Of a stretch of DNA of 64,000 bases, positions 51,920-64,000 are shown one piece after another. Position 1 is the first letter of the stretch. Each line of letters opens with the position of its first letter. Under the pieces are notes generated by a model. The model was given only the letters and a program-made list of their open reading frames with translations. It was not told the DNA's origin and did not search any database. Source of the stretch: Octopus sinensis (taxonomy: Eukaryota); NCBI RefSeq assembly GCF_006345805.1, contig NC_043006.1, forward strand, positions 61,442,001 to 61,506,000. Direction: 5' to 3'. The position numbers were made by a program, and so were the translations under genes.

Positions 51920-54900
51920 TCATATCCCATGGTTGAGATCCATGAAGGAAGCTATGTATTGTTTTTACTGGCGTCTCTCCCTCTTTCACGAACTTAATTG
52001 CTGCTGTTGCCTCCCCTTTCTGATGATGTTTCTTGCGGCTTTTCTAATGCAGGGTGTGAGCATGTGTTGCAAGTCTCCTATCATGGTGTCTTGAGAAAGT
52101 GCTATTCTGAACCGGTCAAGATATGTGTCAGAGTGCTCCTTTCTCCACAATGTTTACACAGCTGGTCTTCCCTTAAACCCCATCTGTGCAGGTTTGTGGG
52201 TGTCGTGAGTATCATACACCGCCTGCTGCAGGAAGGAGATATGAACAGGTTCCAGTCCCCACAGATCAGTTTATGTGAGCTTCCTCTTGGGGAGGGCCCA
52301 TTTTCGTCTATGCACACTGAGATGCCAGCTCCATAACTCTTGACTTTCTGCTTTCTTTCTCCTGGTACCGCACCGATCATGGCCCACCTCTTCCAGATGT
52401 CTGCTTTCTTCCATTGTTGGAAAGGGGAAGAACCGAGACCTGGCGACAGCTGCCTCGTTCCGTTGTTGGTCCTTGGGCCTCTCTATCAGCAGATGGTATG
52501 AGAAGACTTGTACCCATGATGAAACGAATGGGGAGAAATTGTGCAACCAGTTATGGTTCCATTCTGAAAATCTTGCCACCGGCTATTCTGAAACGCATCT
52601 ATGAAGCGCCTTGTTTGGTGCTGACAGAGGCCTGATTCCATTGTTGGCCCTAGGCTTCTCCATCAACAGTTGATACGTGGAGATTCGTACACAGGATGAA
52701 AAGAATGGGGGGGGATTGTGCAACCTGTTATGACTCCAAATAACTGCTGATTATTCCCTTAAATTGTGGGAGAATATGATAGTATCTAAGGGTTGCATAT
52801 ATGAGGGCATGAAGAATCGATCCATATGCATATTCCAGATCCAGTCAAACCGGGTTTCTCTTCGCTTCTTGATTCAACTGGCTGAGGATTCTAGTGTGTT
52901 CCATACATCTCGAGAAACCCGAAACCCCACCTTTTTGAATAGAGGGTTTTATATACCCATTCCCAGTCATGTATGAGTTCATCCTTTTGGCCAGTACGGA
53001 AGAGATTTCCCCGCCCCCATCAACACTCAGAAGGGAGATGGTCCTAATCTGGTTAATTGCTATGGAGCTTTCTTTTTGTAGTACAAAATATACTTCAGCC
53101 TTCTTCTAGCATGGTCGGATACCTTTTTTATCATCCCACCATATTGGAAAAAGGAACAACGTTCCGAGCGTCCCCGGCCCCCGAAGGAGCCGCATGCATT
53201 TCATATATACTTTATAAGCTGATACTGATCTGGCCTTTTTCACCACCTCTTCCACTTCTTTCTAAGATGGACCGTTGAAGATGAACTTATTTCCTGGCAT
53301 TTCAGTAGTATCGACATTCAGATTAACAACAAGGGCTTAATTTCTGAGGTTATCATTGTGGCTCTCATTCAGAAATGCTACTGCACCTTCTCTAGAGCTG
53401 GCCAATTTTCCGGATTTGATTTTCCCCAATAGCGTTCGGGTGAACTTAAAAGGGTTCATGACAAATTGCGCCTGTTTTGTCTCCCTCACTTTCCTCTGCT
53501 TCCAGTTGCTTTCCGCCACTCTAAGCCTTCTTAAGCATTCACAGAACTGACGTCTCAAGTCCATGATGTCTTCTCCTTCATCAGTAGAGGCTTTCTTACA
53601 CTGCTGACTGAGGGTCTTGACTTCTAACCTCAGATGGAACATCTTTCTTCTGCTAACTTTCCTTTTGATTGCTACGGTAAACGGTCTGTCCGCTGTTTCG
53701 AATCGATGTTTTGCCAAATTAAATATGATAGTTATAAACGCATTCAGTTTCTGTTCAACTGTTCCTGTGAGCATGCAATCCAATATGTCGACGTCTTGGC
53801 CCATTTCTTGCCATATCTTTGTTTCATCTAGCTTGGGTCATTTGATTTGTTTTTTCACTGTGTGGGGTTGGCCCTCTATGTTGTTATCAGGTGGGTTACC
53901 TCTCCTGAGAACTTGAGGTGACAGAGATACCGAGAGATTTCTAGTCCTGTGGGATGTTCCCACTTGGACTTCTCTTACGTATCACCAGGTGTTACCACTG
54001 TGCTCTGCACCTGTGGGTCCTCCTGTTCATAGATGCACCCTTCTATGTGTATCTTGAGCCTTTTTTCAAGTAAAGTGACACTTAACTACCTCCCCAACTA
54101 CTGATGTCTCAACAAGATCTACCATTGAGCAATGCAACTGAGGCTCTTTCTTTCCACAGTACGACCTGGCTCTTGAACCCTTTTGCATTCTTGCAGATCT
54201 TTTCACAGAGACATTTCACTCACACTATTATTCTACTTAAGGGTGATTGGGATTGCCTCTGTCCATAAAATATTTCTCGTTGTTAACGTTGGATCCGTCA
54301 AGTTGAGTCTCTTATTCTCCCCACCACCACTCTCGGGAGATTCTGGGGGTGTCGCTTGCTCTTAGGTTTTGTAGCTGAATTGGTGCCCTTTCGCAAAGAC
54401 TGTGCATGAGTTTGCTAGCCTCATACACCTGTATCAGACGTTCATGGAGATCACTTGTCTTTTCCAAAGTCAGCGATCGTCACCATCCAAACTTTCCTGG
54501 AAGTCCCTGGTTGCTCAATTGTATATATTAATGATGCCTATAAGGAGGTGCTCTTTTTTCCATTCAGCAAAGTAAATGGAGCGTTGCCTAGAAGGAACTG
54601 ATATCATCAGACGTTATCCAACGTTCATTGCGTGCTTCGACCTTTGGTGGGTCAGCAGAAGTGGCCAGGACACAGTTCCTCATCACCTCCTGGCCTCCAG
54701 CGCAACTCCCCTCTCTTGCTCCAAAGCCAACAAGAGGCTTTTTTAGCTACCCCTTCCATCAACCGTGCAGCAATCCTTCGCGCCTTACCTCTTCTGCCAG
54801 TGGCTGTAATCAACCTACATGCCGACTAAGCAGGGAATCACCTACAGCCAGCCTCGACTGGAAAAGCCATACCTGCCATCCCTTCTCTAACCAATCCCGG

Positions 54901-54930
54901 AGAAGGCTCTTATATCTGGAGTGCTTCCGT
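51920..54930 (-). mobile_element. Decayed Hero/NeSL-like (R2-group) non-LTR retrotransposon
   Basis: RLKIH (N-terminal zinc-finger-like); GTVEQKLN..FVMNPFKFTRTLLGKIKSGKL; EVEEVVKKARS; SIQKGGVSGFSRCMEHT..LDLEYAYGSILH; WALPKRKLT / TPTNLHRWGLREDQLCKHCGERSTLTHIL (CCHC knuckle). The RLE domain and 3' end are missing at the SINE junction. Confidence 0.8.
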
Positions 54931-55092
54931 TGATGGGCTTCATCACACACACACACGCACAAACACATTATATACACACACACACATATATATATATAAT
55001 ATATATATATATATATTATATATATATATATATATTATATATATATATATACATACATACACACAAACACACACATATGTATACATGAGTGT

Positions 55093-55170
55093 AGGACAAT
55101 TACACCCGAGGACAACAACCCCCTAGGACAATTACCCACTAGGGCAATTACCCCTGAGCAGGTAACCCCA
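55093..55170 (+). repeat. Short tandem array of AGGACAATTACCC-like ~16-bp units
   Basis: AGGACAATTACACCCG AGGACAACAACCCCCT AGGACAATTACCCACT AGGGCAATTACCCCTG AGCAGGTAACCCCAG. Confidence 0.75.
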
Positions 55171-55178
55171 GATGTACA

Positions 55179-55250
55179 CCTTATTTTCCGATGTATAAAT
55201 CGCTATTTTTCTACACGGAAATTTCATGAGCGACTTGGAGAAAGGTGCGC
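55179..55250 (+). mobile_element. Possible pogo/Tigger-type TIR remnant
   Basis: CCTTATTTTCCGATGTATAAATCGC resembles CCGTATTTxxCGxGTATAA termini (compare 8841-8863); no partner TIR found. Confidence 0.3.
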
Positions 55251-57904
55251 CTGTGTGTATTTTTTATAGGTTTCAAGAGGAAAACAATTTATGTATGGTG
55301 ATCGAATTATTCCACATATGTATGTGCATATATATATATATGTGTGTGTGTGTGTGGTGTATGTGTGTGGGTATGCATATATGTATATGTCAGTATCCAT
55401 CTCTTTATTCACAAGAATGTGCAAATAAACTCTCGTGATTTTACGTGCATTTTGTGCAATAAATTAGAATTCTGATTGCATTCCTGAGCCGCTTTACCAT
55501 TCTTCTCGCTTGGTATATAAGAGTTTTATATTCTTTTCTATGTCAATATGTTTTGTTCTCTCTTATAGCACACTTTTTTAAAATTTTTGTCTTCCTTTAG
55601 CTTTGTTTCTACGTATTTACATTGCTTTCCAATTCTTCCTTTCGTATCTGCGAACACTAGTAAGTGACCATCATATTTTTCTATAATCACATTACCCCAC
55701 TCTCCTTAAACCTCTTGCGCCGTACAGCTTCTCGCATTTTGCACTTCAGTTATTTTCCATCTAATTTGTTTTCCTGTTTTTCATTCGCTTATCGAAAAAC
55801 TCGGAAATGATCTGAAACAGCGCTATACAAAGTCGTAAATATCTCTAAAAAATTGTTTTTCACGCCTCACGGCAATTATCTTGATTATTTTTCATATATA
55901 TACCATTATCAATATTTGTGTAAAATCGTTCACAATAGTTTTATTTTGAAATAATAGATTCCATTTGAATTTTATGTGGTGTCAACGAAATAAGTCAGAT
56001 GATTTGGATGTGAAATAAAATATCCACGTTCTTCTGAATTAGTGAAGTTTGTAGATATTTCCACTGAAACGAATGATATTACGTATTTAACACTATTTTG
56101 GTTTAGGTGATGCAAAATTTTCTTGGCCAAGAATTTACTGAAAAATCAATATTAGATCAAATTCCGAATCCATTGTGAATTTTTTTCAAGTTCAGCATTT
56201 TTCATTATATATATTTGGAGGGTATTCCTAATAGACAAGTAAACTCAATGAAATGTGGGAGTTATGCAAATGGCGTTAAGCCCCTACAATATTTGCATAT
56301 GCTTGTGTTTGTGTGTATGTGTGTGTGTGTGTGTGTGTGTTTGTGTGTGTGCGTGAGCGAACAATGTTGACAATGAATTCAATGTTTCAGCTGACTTCAT
56401 TTCTGTCTTGATACAATGTTTTTTTTTCGTATAAAACAAGAATACTTTGCTATAGTATATTAAAACTCTATTCTACTATACTCTACTGAAAGTATTGAAT
56501 GGTTCTTCTGTCTAGTAGTAAATTGTTTTTCCTCAATATTTATGTAAATTCAATTGTAAACAATTTTCATGACAAAAAATTTGAACTTACACAAATATAT
56601 TTTACTCAGTTGTATTTTTGTCATGTTTGTCATACCAGTTCTAAATCCAGTTTTATTGAAACACATTTGTTATATTTTTCAAATGAGAAATGTCTACATG
56701 TTCACCACGGGAACGGATTGCTTTACATTCGAGGAATACATAATTACAACGTTTAAAATAGTTGCCTTCTATTATAAATATTTCAATGTTCATTTTTCAC
56801 TATATTTTTTTCTGTATCATTATTTTTTCCTTTTAGTTTCATATTTATTTAATATTACCTTCCGTTATTATTTACCATGCGATGCAGTATTTTATTCCCA
56901 TAATAATACTTTTACATTGCATTTATGTTTATTTATGAAGAAAAATAATTGATACAAATCGTATCTATTTCACCTACTAATAAATACCTTATGTAAGTAT
57001 GTATGAGTGTGTGTGTATGTGTGCGTGTGTGTGTAAGCATGAGGATATGAAAAATATATGAAGTATCTCACGAGAAATGTAGATCGTTTCAGAGGGGGAA
57101 AAAAATAATGTCGAATATTTTATAAATATGTGTATAAAAAGAATATATATCATTCGAGGAGGGGAAGACATTTCAAAAAACAAAAACGATTCCCATGCGG
57201 AAAATGCCGTAAGATAAAGAAACCTTTTTTGAATAAAATTCCAACAGTCTAATATTCAAAACTGTCTTTCATTACACAGTTACGTTTTGCATCTTTCATC
57301 TTGTATCTTGTTATCTATTATTTGATCAAAGTATCAAATATTATTGCATTTGTGGGTCTTATTGTTGTTAGATATTTTGTCCTCTTTACGTCGCTTGGTT
57401 ATATATTTTATCTACTTTTGATGATCTACTTTCTAAGTGGTTCCTTTTCTTTCAGTTCCGAAATATTGGGAGATGTATAGAAATTGAGAAGAGCATCACA
57501 TTATAAACAAAACACAAGGAAAATATTACAAAGCTTCGAGCATAGCTCTTCTAGGGAAACAAGAAGAAACAGAAAATATCCAAGACGAAGGAGGAAATAA
57601 ATCGCCGACAATCACATGCGTTTAACTTTTTGAAGTAAATGACAGGAAGCAGGAATGAAGAGGAAATGTCTTCAGGAGCTGGAGAGTGCAAAATCTGGGC
57701 AGTATACGCGTGCGCGTGCATGTGTGGTATTTGAAATATCGTGTGGTAGCGAGTATGCATGTGGGAGTGTGTGTAAGTATGGTAGCATGTGTGAGTGGTA
57801 TTAACTATGTGTGTGTGTGGGTCTGTGTGCGTAGTCTGTGTGTGCGGTGTGTGCAGTGTGTGCAGTGTGTATGTGTGTTAATGTCACTCTGAGAGGTCAG
57901 ACGC

Positions 57905-58140
57905 TATCGTGAGAGGTCATTGTTCTTACTCGTACCAATCTTTGGAATGTTGACCTTACCATTGCATACATTTTCTCTTCTGTTGCTGCTGCTACTGTTT
58001 TTGATCCTTATTTTGGTATTGTTCTTGTGTTTTTCATTCATGTTGTTGCCATCGTGGTTGTTGTTCCTGTTAGTGCCAAATTGGTCAATAGTAATGTTGT
58101 TCTTGTCCTTGTTCATGTTGTTGCAGTCGTTTGTATAGTA
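57905..58140. repeat. Degenerate (GTT/GCT)n trinucleotide region
   Basis: TGTTGCTGCTGCTAC, GTTGTTGCC, GGTTGTTGTTCC, GTTGTTGCAG; it produces hydrophobic or Asn-rich pseudo-ORFs. Confidence 0.65.
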
Positions 58141-58184
58141 ACTGTCTATATCAGGAGACTAGTAGTTATTGCTTCAAGGTGACC

Positions 58185-58800
58185 CTCACAGCCTCTCCAT
58201 CGTCACAAGTACTACTATCCCTTCACTAGTCTCTTACATTTGTTCTTCAACCAAAATCATTTAAATCTACACCACTCAGTTAGATACTAGCCTAGCAATC
58301 TCTCCCTCCCTTTCTATTCACCTCCCCCTATTCGATTTCATACACCTCTTCCCTTCTCAGTACTTCGCCTCCAGTGTCAATCCAATTCATTTCTGTACTA
58401 ACCACTAATATCTTACTCAACAACTAACCCCTACATTCTGTCACCTCCCTCTATCTTTTCTCGTACCTTTCTACATACCTTAGTAATCTCCCTCTGCCAC
58501 TGAATTAGACACTTTTCTCCATCAAATAATTCTCTTGTCTCACTATCTGATCTTCCAATAATTGTATAGCGATTATCCCTAAACTTTGACACCTATGCAC
58601 AAACCCAGCACAACAGACTATTCTTTCATTATCTATTCTACCCCTCACACTCAACTCCTAACTCTCTACCTCTATCACCACCTCTCATAATGTCCTCATT
58701 ATAAACCACCTATTTCCTGAACTAACTCCCCCTTCTCCTCTCACCATTCCCTCATATAACCCCACCGAACCTACTACTCCCTCATGTAATATAGCCAGCT
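58185..58800. repeat. G-poor, C/T/A-rich strand-asymmetric low-complexity tract
   Basis: ~600 bp with very few G on the plus strand and recurrent CTCC/CCCT/CTAAC words. Confidence 0.6.
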
Positions 58801-60894
58801 CTTCACATTTAATAAAAATCCACACTTGAACATTTCTGGATTGACATCTGAAATGTAAGGTATTATCTATCTTGATGACTCGTCCTATCCGATGTTTATC
58901 GCATCCACTACGGTTGCATATTGTGATGAACTATATCTACCAACATTATGATGAATCACCGAGCTTCCATGAAGCAGCTATTCGAATTATAACACCTTTC
59001 TTCTAAACATTTAATCTTCTCTATCGTTTCTACTCTGTGTTGGTCGAATCTATTAATATAAATATATGTATATAGATAGTGAGTTAAATTTGAAATTAGA
59101 AATCAAGAATTAAGGTTTAGAAAGGAGACATTAAAATGCAGTAGAACTTGTTTCGGGTAAGCCCCTGGTTGTATACTTTCAGAACACATTTACCACCTAT
59201 GGCTATCGGGCGTCATACGCGTTACGGCACTGTGCTCGCTGGATGTACGTCAGGAATTCCTAGGTGCAAGTTCCGTATATTTTAAATGATTGATACGGTA
59301 GACGGTGTGTAACTAGAAGCTTTATGTAGCACAGAAATCGTTTTGGCTTCGTTTTGCACTGCTCTCTAGTGGGTGTGAGACGAAATATTGACATCAGATG
59401 CAACGTACAGTGCAGGGAGCATACATACGTACATGAATACATACATATATACATACATACATGAATATATACATACATACATGCATGCATACACCCATAA
59501 ATATATACATACATGAATACATACATACATACATACATGTATACATACATACATGTATACATATATACATGTATACATATATAGTTTATTATGAAAGCTG
59601 AAAATTATTCACAGTACTGTCACTCAGTTTCTCGTTCCTGTTCGTCGGACAGTTATGATGAATACTGAATTTTAGATTATAATTGTGCATGTAATATTTT
59701 GTGGTATAACGAACAAGCTTTTAATCTGATTGGTTAATTTTTCAATAAAATAACTGTAAATATTTGGTAATGTTTGGAAATATAAATTAATTGAAAGATA
59801 TACTAGACTGAAATAACATTACGTTGGATGGGCAAGAATTCCAAAATAAGTAATATTTAGTAATGGTTTTGGAATAATAGGGTGATGGGCATTGAAATAT
59901 TGAATTAAATTAAACTGAAAGTTATGTTATGCATCTATGAATATACACACACAAAGCGTTATGTTATGCATGTATAAATACACTCATATAGCGTTATACA
60001 CAAACGTACATAAACTTATCCACAACTTTATATATATACGCAAAAGGAATGGTAAAACAATAAAAAATCATATAAACGCATTCACAGCTATATACGTATA
60101 CACACCTATATAGGCATATATACTCAATCCCCAAAACGAAATAGAATACTTAAGATGCAATGTATATATCTATATGTTCACAGATACATGCAAGTATTTG
60201 TTAATGCATACACATGCACAAAACATTGATGGCATACGCACACATAACCGCCTACTCGCGTAACATACGCAGGGCAGTGTAGCGAAATGCTTTCAACTAC
60301 GATATTAGTTAAATGTAATATATTTAATTCAGCAACATTGTCGAGTGAGGTGGAGTAGCTGTCATGCGTGGCAGGTGGTGGGAGGGAAGAGGGAAGACAG
60401 ATGGAAGTGGCAAGAAAAGGAAAGTGAGGGTAGGAGAGGTGAAAGTAGGTGACTGTTGGTAATTTTTAAAACCGGAGAGTTGGAAAAGGAGGGTGTCACA
60501 TATGCAATAAGACCTCTGTGCAAAATGGAAAATTGAAAATGATAAATAATGAGTATAAACCTATGTAAATACACACATGTGTATGCACTTACATACGTAT
60601 ATACCTATACATATGCACGCATTCACATACATGTAGTATATACATAAATACACAAATAGACACAAATAAAAAATGCAGAAAGTGCGTACATATATAAATG
60701 TAAGCATGCAGGCATAGATACGACACGTGGTAATTATACCTACATGTATATACATGTACATATTTGCATACGTACATACGCATAAAAATATATACGCACA
60801 TACGCACAGATCCGATGGTGAATTTTCTAATAGGCATAGGCATATGACAAAAGATATACTTGTATGTATATATAATAGTTGGGATATAAATATT

Positions 60895-60944
60895 CTTTGA
60901 AGTGTATATTTATGAAACGCTTTGAAGTGTATATTTATGAAACG
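60895..60944 (+). repeat. Perfect 25-bp tandem duplication
   Basis: CTTTGAAGTGTATATTTATGAAACG x2. Confidence 0.95.
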
Positions 60945-60970
60945 CTGCAATCCATATAAGGTGGTAACTT

Positions 60971-61125
60971 CACTTAAACATTTGTTGTTTGTAATGTGGT
61001 GTTGAAATTTTCGTCGCTCCAAATTGCCACCTGGTTGTTGTCATGGAAAGGCGCCGAGAGGCCAGATCGCAGTTTGGAGTGACTAAAATTTGAACACCAC
61101 ATTACAAACTTAAAATGTTTAAGTG
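60971..61125. mobile_element. 155-bp palindromic MITE-like hairpin with CAC...GTG ends
   Basis: 57-nt arms 60971-61027 and 61069-61125 are 50/57 reverse-complementary; CTT lies directly on both flanks (possible 3-bp TSD). Confidence 0.7.
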
Positions 61126-62893
61126 CTTCTGAATGGCTAACATGTCTTACATGCAGCAACCACTTTCTATATTATTGTTGGAACCGTTTTGCAGTGAACG
61201 ATAGAAATATATTTGTTCCACTTAAGCTTACATTCAGTGAAAAATATGATAGCTGTCCTGTTTCTTTGACTTGATCCAGTTGAGTAGTTGTGTACAATCT
61301 TCAATCCACCACTTAGAAAAGTGTTAATGTTGTAAGAAAGGTTTACTTAGCGATTTCTCTGCGTACCGAAAGTTTCCACTTACATCTTCCTTTGAGGACA
61401 TGATCGTACATTATAAGATATTTTCATTACGTTTTGTAAATTGTCTGTATATGGTTGGTGGCCGTTCTCTCGAAATCATCATGGAATTCAAATTACTTAG
61501 AAATTAGTCACTTTAATTTATGCAAAGTGTTTAATATCTTTGGAAAATGGTTTTACTAATTTTGTTTAATATATGTTCAATTTCGTTTTTAGTTGCAGTT
61601 AACCAGTCTGCTCTACGGTATATTTTGCTGAATACTTAGAACACTACACTACGTGGATTAGCTACCTTACACGTCCAAAATTTACAATAGCTAACGTCAT
61701 TTTAACCACCAGATACTGAACAGATAAGAGATAATGAACTATTGCCAATTTTACACATAGATTTTCGACTGCTTGCCTTGAACTTCATAGATATTTTGTT
61801 TAGTGCTTGTTCAACGGAAGCTGTACAGTTATAGAAACTGAGGCTGCTGCGATTTACAGAAAATAAATTTAATCTATTTTAAATTAATTATTTACTGTTA
61901 CACTTTTAGACTAGAAGCTATTGTGAACATGTTTCCAGAAATACAGTTAATTTAGAATATCATTAAATATTAAGTACATACAATTTCACAATAATTATTT
62001 CATACGGGTATATATAAATGTTATTATATAATAAAATACTTATATCATGTTTGCATTAAAGTTTCCATTAAAGGTAGAATAGATACCATAAGCTTTATTA
62101 ATAATGATGCGACTGGTTCTCTCTCATTACAATATACTCAGAACAGAGATATCACTTTCTCCAAATTTATTAATAGCTAAATAATGCATATGACTACAAA
62201 ACATTGGATTTAGCAGCTGTGAGTATTTCCAACATGTTACATTGAAATATAAACCTCATAATTCTTAACCGGCATGCCATTCCAAGACATACAGCATTGT
62301 TCAAATATAAACAGGTGCTGCAACGCAAAACGTATGAATATTTGTGCAGTTTGAGATGAATACCACTGCTGTTAAATCGATCGGCAAAACTAGGCAGGAC
62401 ACTATTTTGAAAAGTTGTTGCCATCCTGACAGAAATTACGATTAAGCATAAACACACTGACATACACATTGAGATATACACAAACGTAGATTGTGTATAT
62501 CTTAGGGTGCATGTCGAAGTTCTTTTTGTGCCGAGGAAGGTAAGAACCAGAAACCGGTTCACATATATACCTGTTCCATTAAATATATAGCTTTATGATA
62601 TAATTGTATGTGAGAGATCTTTTTCGGTTCGCTCGCCCGTATACTGTTGTATCTTATTTTCAGTGTAATTTTTGGTGGTCCAAATGGAGGTTTTAACTTA
62701 TTTCTAGCGGGCAGACACTTAAATGTGTCCTTTGATTACTATAATTTTAATTCTATAGCTAGATAACACTTATTTACGCCTGCCAACACTTATATTGGTA
62801 TTGTTGTTATTATGAACACCTTGTATTGATTTCGATAATAATAACAATACTAGTATCTATATAAATATTCGATCCTAAATATTTTTGCTGCTG

Positions 62894-62957
<64 letters not shown>

Positions 62958-62991
62958 GCACACACATATATATATATACACACACACACAT

Positions 62992-63030
<39 letters not shown>

Positions 63031-63331
63031 CACATATTAATATATTAGCGACATAGCCACTAGTAATAACGAGAAGTAATATTTATACGCATTTAAAGGT
63101 GGGTGTTCTATTACAACAAACTATACTGCGGTAGTTTGGATGAGAGATAATCTTATATTTGTTGTTGGGTGTCAAATGCACTTCTATTTCTATCACTACC
63201 GGGGAAATGAATCCCCCACTGCTACCAGCACCGAGACCACTAGTTTTGTCAATGATGAGAACACGCCCGCTAGAGGCAGCAGTGATTCCTTTCACCTCCA
63301 GCATTATATAGATTGACAGTGAAGCATGGAT

Positions 63332-63550
63332 AGGTGCAGGCTTGACTGTGTGATAAGCAGCTTGCTTTCCATGCAAATGGTTCCAGGTACAGTCCCACTT
63401 GGACAAGTGTACTTTGCTATATCCTCGGGCCGATCAAATCATTGTGAGTGGATTTGGAAGACGAAAACTGAAAAACCCGTCGTATATGTGTCTGTGTGCG
63501 CACGCGAGCATATTTACACGTGTGTCTCGTTGTGTCCCTGTTTTTTTACC
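63332..63550 (+). mobile_element. SINE family A 5' half (degenerate)
   Basis: AGGTGCAGG..ACTGTGTGATAAG..GGTTCCAGGTACAGTCCCAC..TTGTGAGTGGATTTGGAAGACGAAAACTGAAAAACCCGTCGTATATG. Confidence 0.85.
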
Positions 63551-64000
63551 ACAAGCACCAGTAGGATAATCTCTAAATTTCCAATCAACAGAGAGAACTT
63601 CAAATAGTGCGTCCCCCCCAGCAATGGCAAGGAGACACTTGCAGAGCCCAGTCCTGCACAGAAAAGGTAAGATGATTTTGTTGAAACCTCCATTTCACCT
63701 AGAAGTTTCAATTAACATATCTGGGAGCTTCTTGCCGTTGATTAAAAAGCATTCCTAGAGGCCATAAGTACAATAAACATTTCAACATCTACATCAATAT
63801 TTTCAACTTCTGCTTGGACACATCGAACGCTACAATAGGGGCAAGCGTACACTTACATACCTTCCCGTCAATAGAGCACCATGTAACGAGCAAAATCGTA
63901 CCCACTGCCCCACTGAGTGCATTCTGCCCATCAAGGTCTGTGGTCTACAGAGCCACCTTCACACCGCGACTATGTCATCCTATGTTTATAGACAGGCTGA

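Noticed and set aside
57904-58138. Overlapping hydrophobic and Asn/Lys-rich ORFs on both strands
   Set aside because: Explained by the degenerate GTT/AAC trinucleotide repeat.
63560-64000. GC-richer terminal segment, possibly a LINE (APE or RT) fragment
   Set aside because: Only weak motif hints in different frames and strands; it runs off the window and cannot be classified.

Overview
AT-rich, microsatellite-saturated animal genomic DNA. The SINE families and repeat style suggest a coleoid cephalopod such as Octopus; this is my inference, not database-checked. I find no host protein-coding gene I can support. Nearly all ORFs in the supplied track are translated (TA)n/(CA)n microsatellite or transposon debris. 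The window is a transposon graveyard: two piggyBac remnants, a pogo remnant, four distinct Tc1/mariner remnants, two Helitron fragments, a Penelope-like element (RT + GIY-YIG), an RTE LINE 3' end, R4/Dong-like and Hero-like non-LTR elements, and at least three tRNA-derived SINE families. The most notable signal is a type I hammerhead ribozyme (CUGAAGA...GAAA...GUA core, perfect 6-bp stem I, near-palindromic stem III) inside a small non-coding retrozyme/pLTR-like repeat. It occurs twice, identical and facing outward (43540-43590 minus, 48238-48288 plus), near the outer ends of a ~1.5 kb x 2 inverted duplication, which may be real or an assembly artefact. Other items: an exon-trap-like piggyBac splice acceptor, a dimeric SINE inside one TSD, a foldback element carrying telomere-like repeats, and a 155-nt near-perfect hairpin. 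All family calls come from manual motif reading; boundaries are approximate unless a TSD or TIR is quoted.
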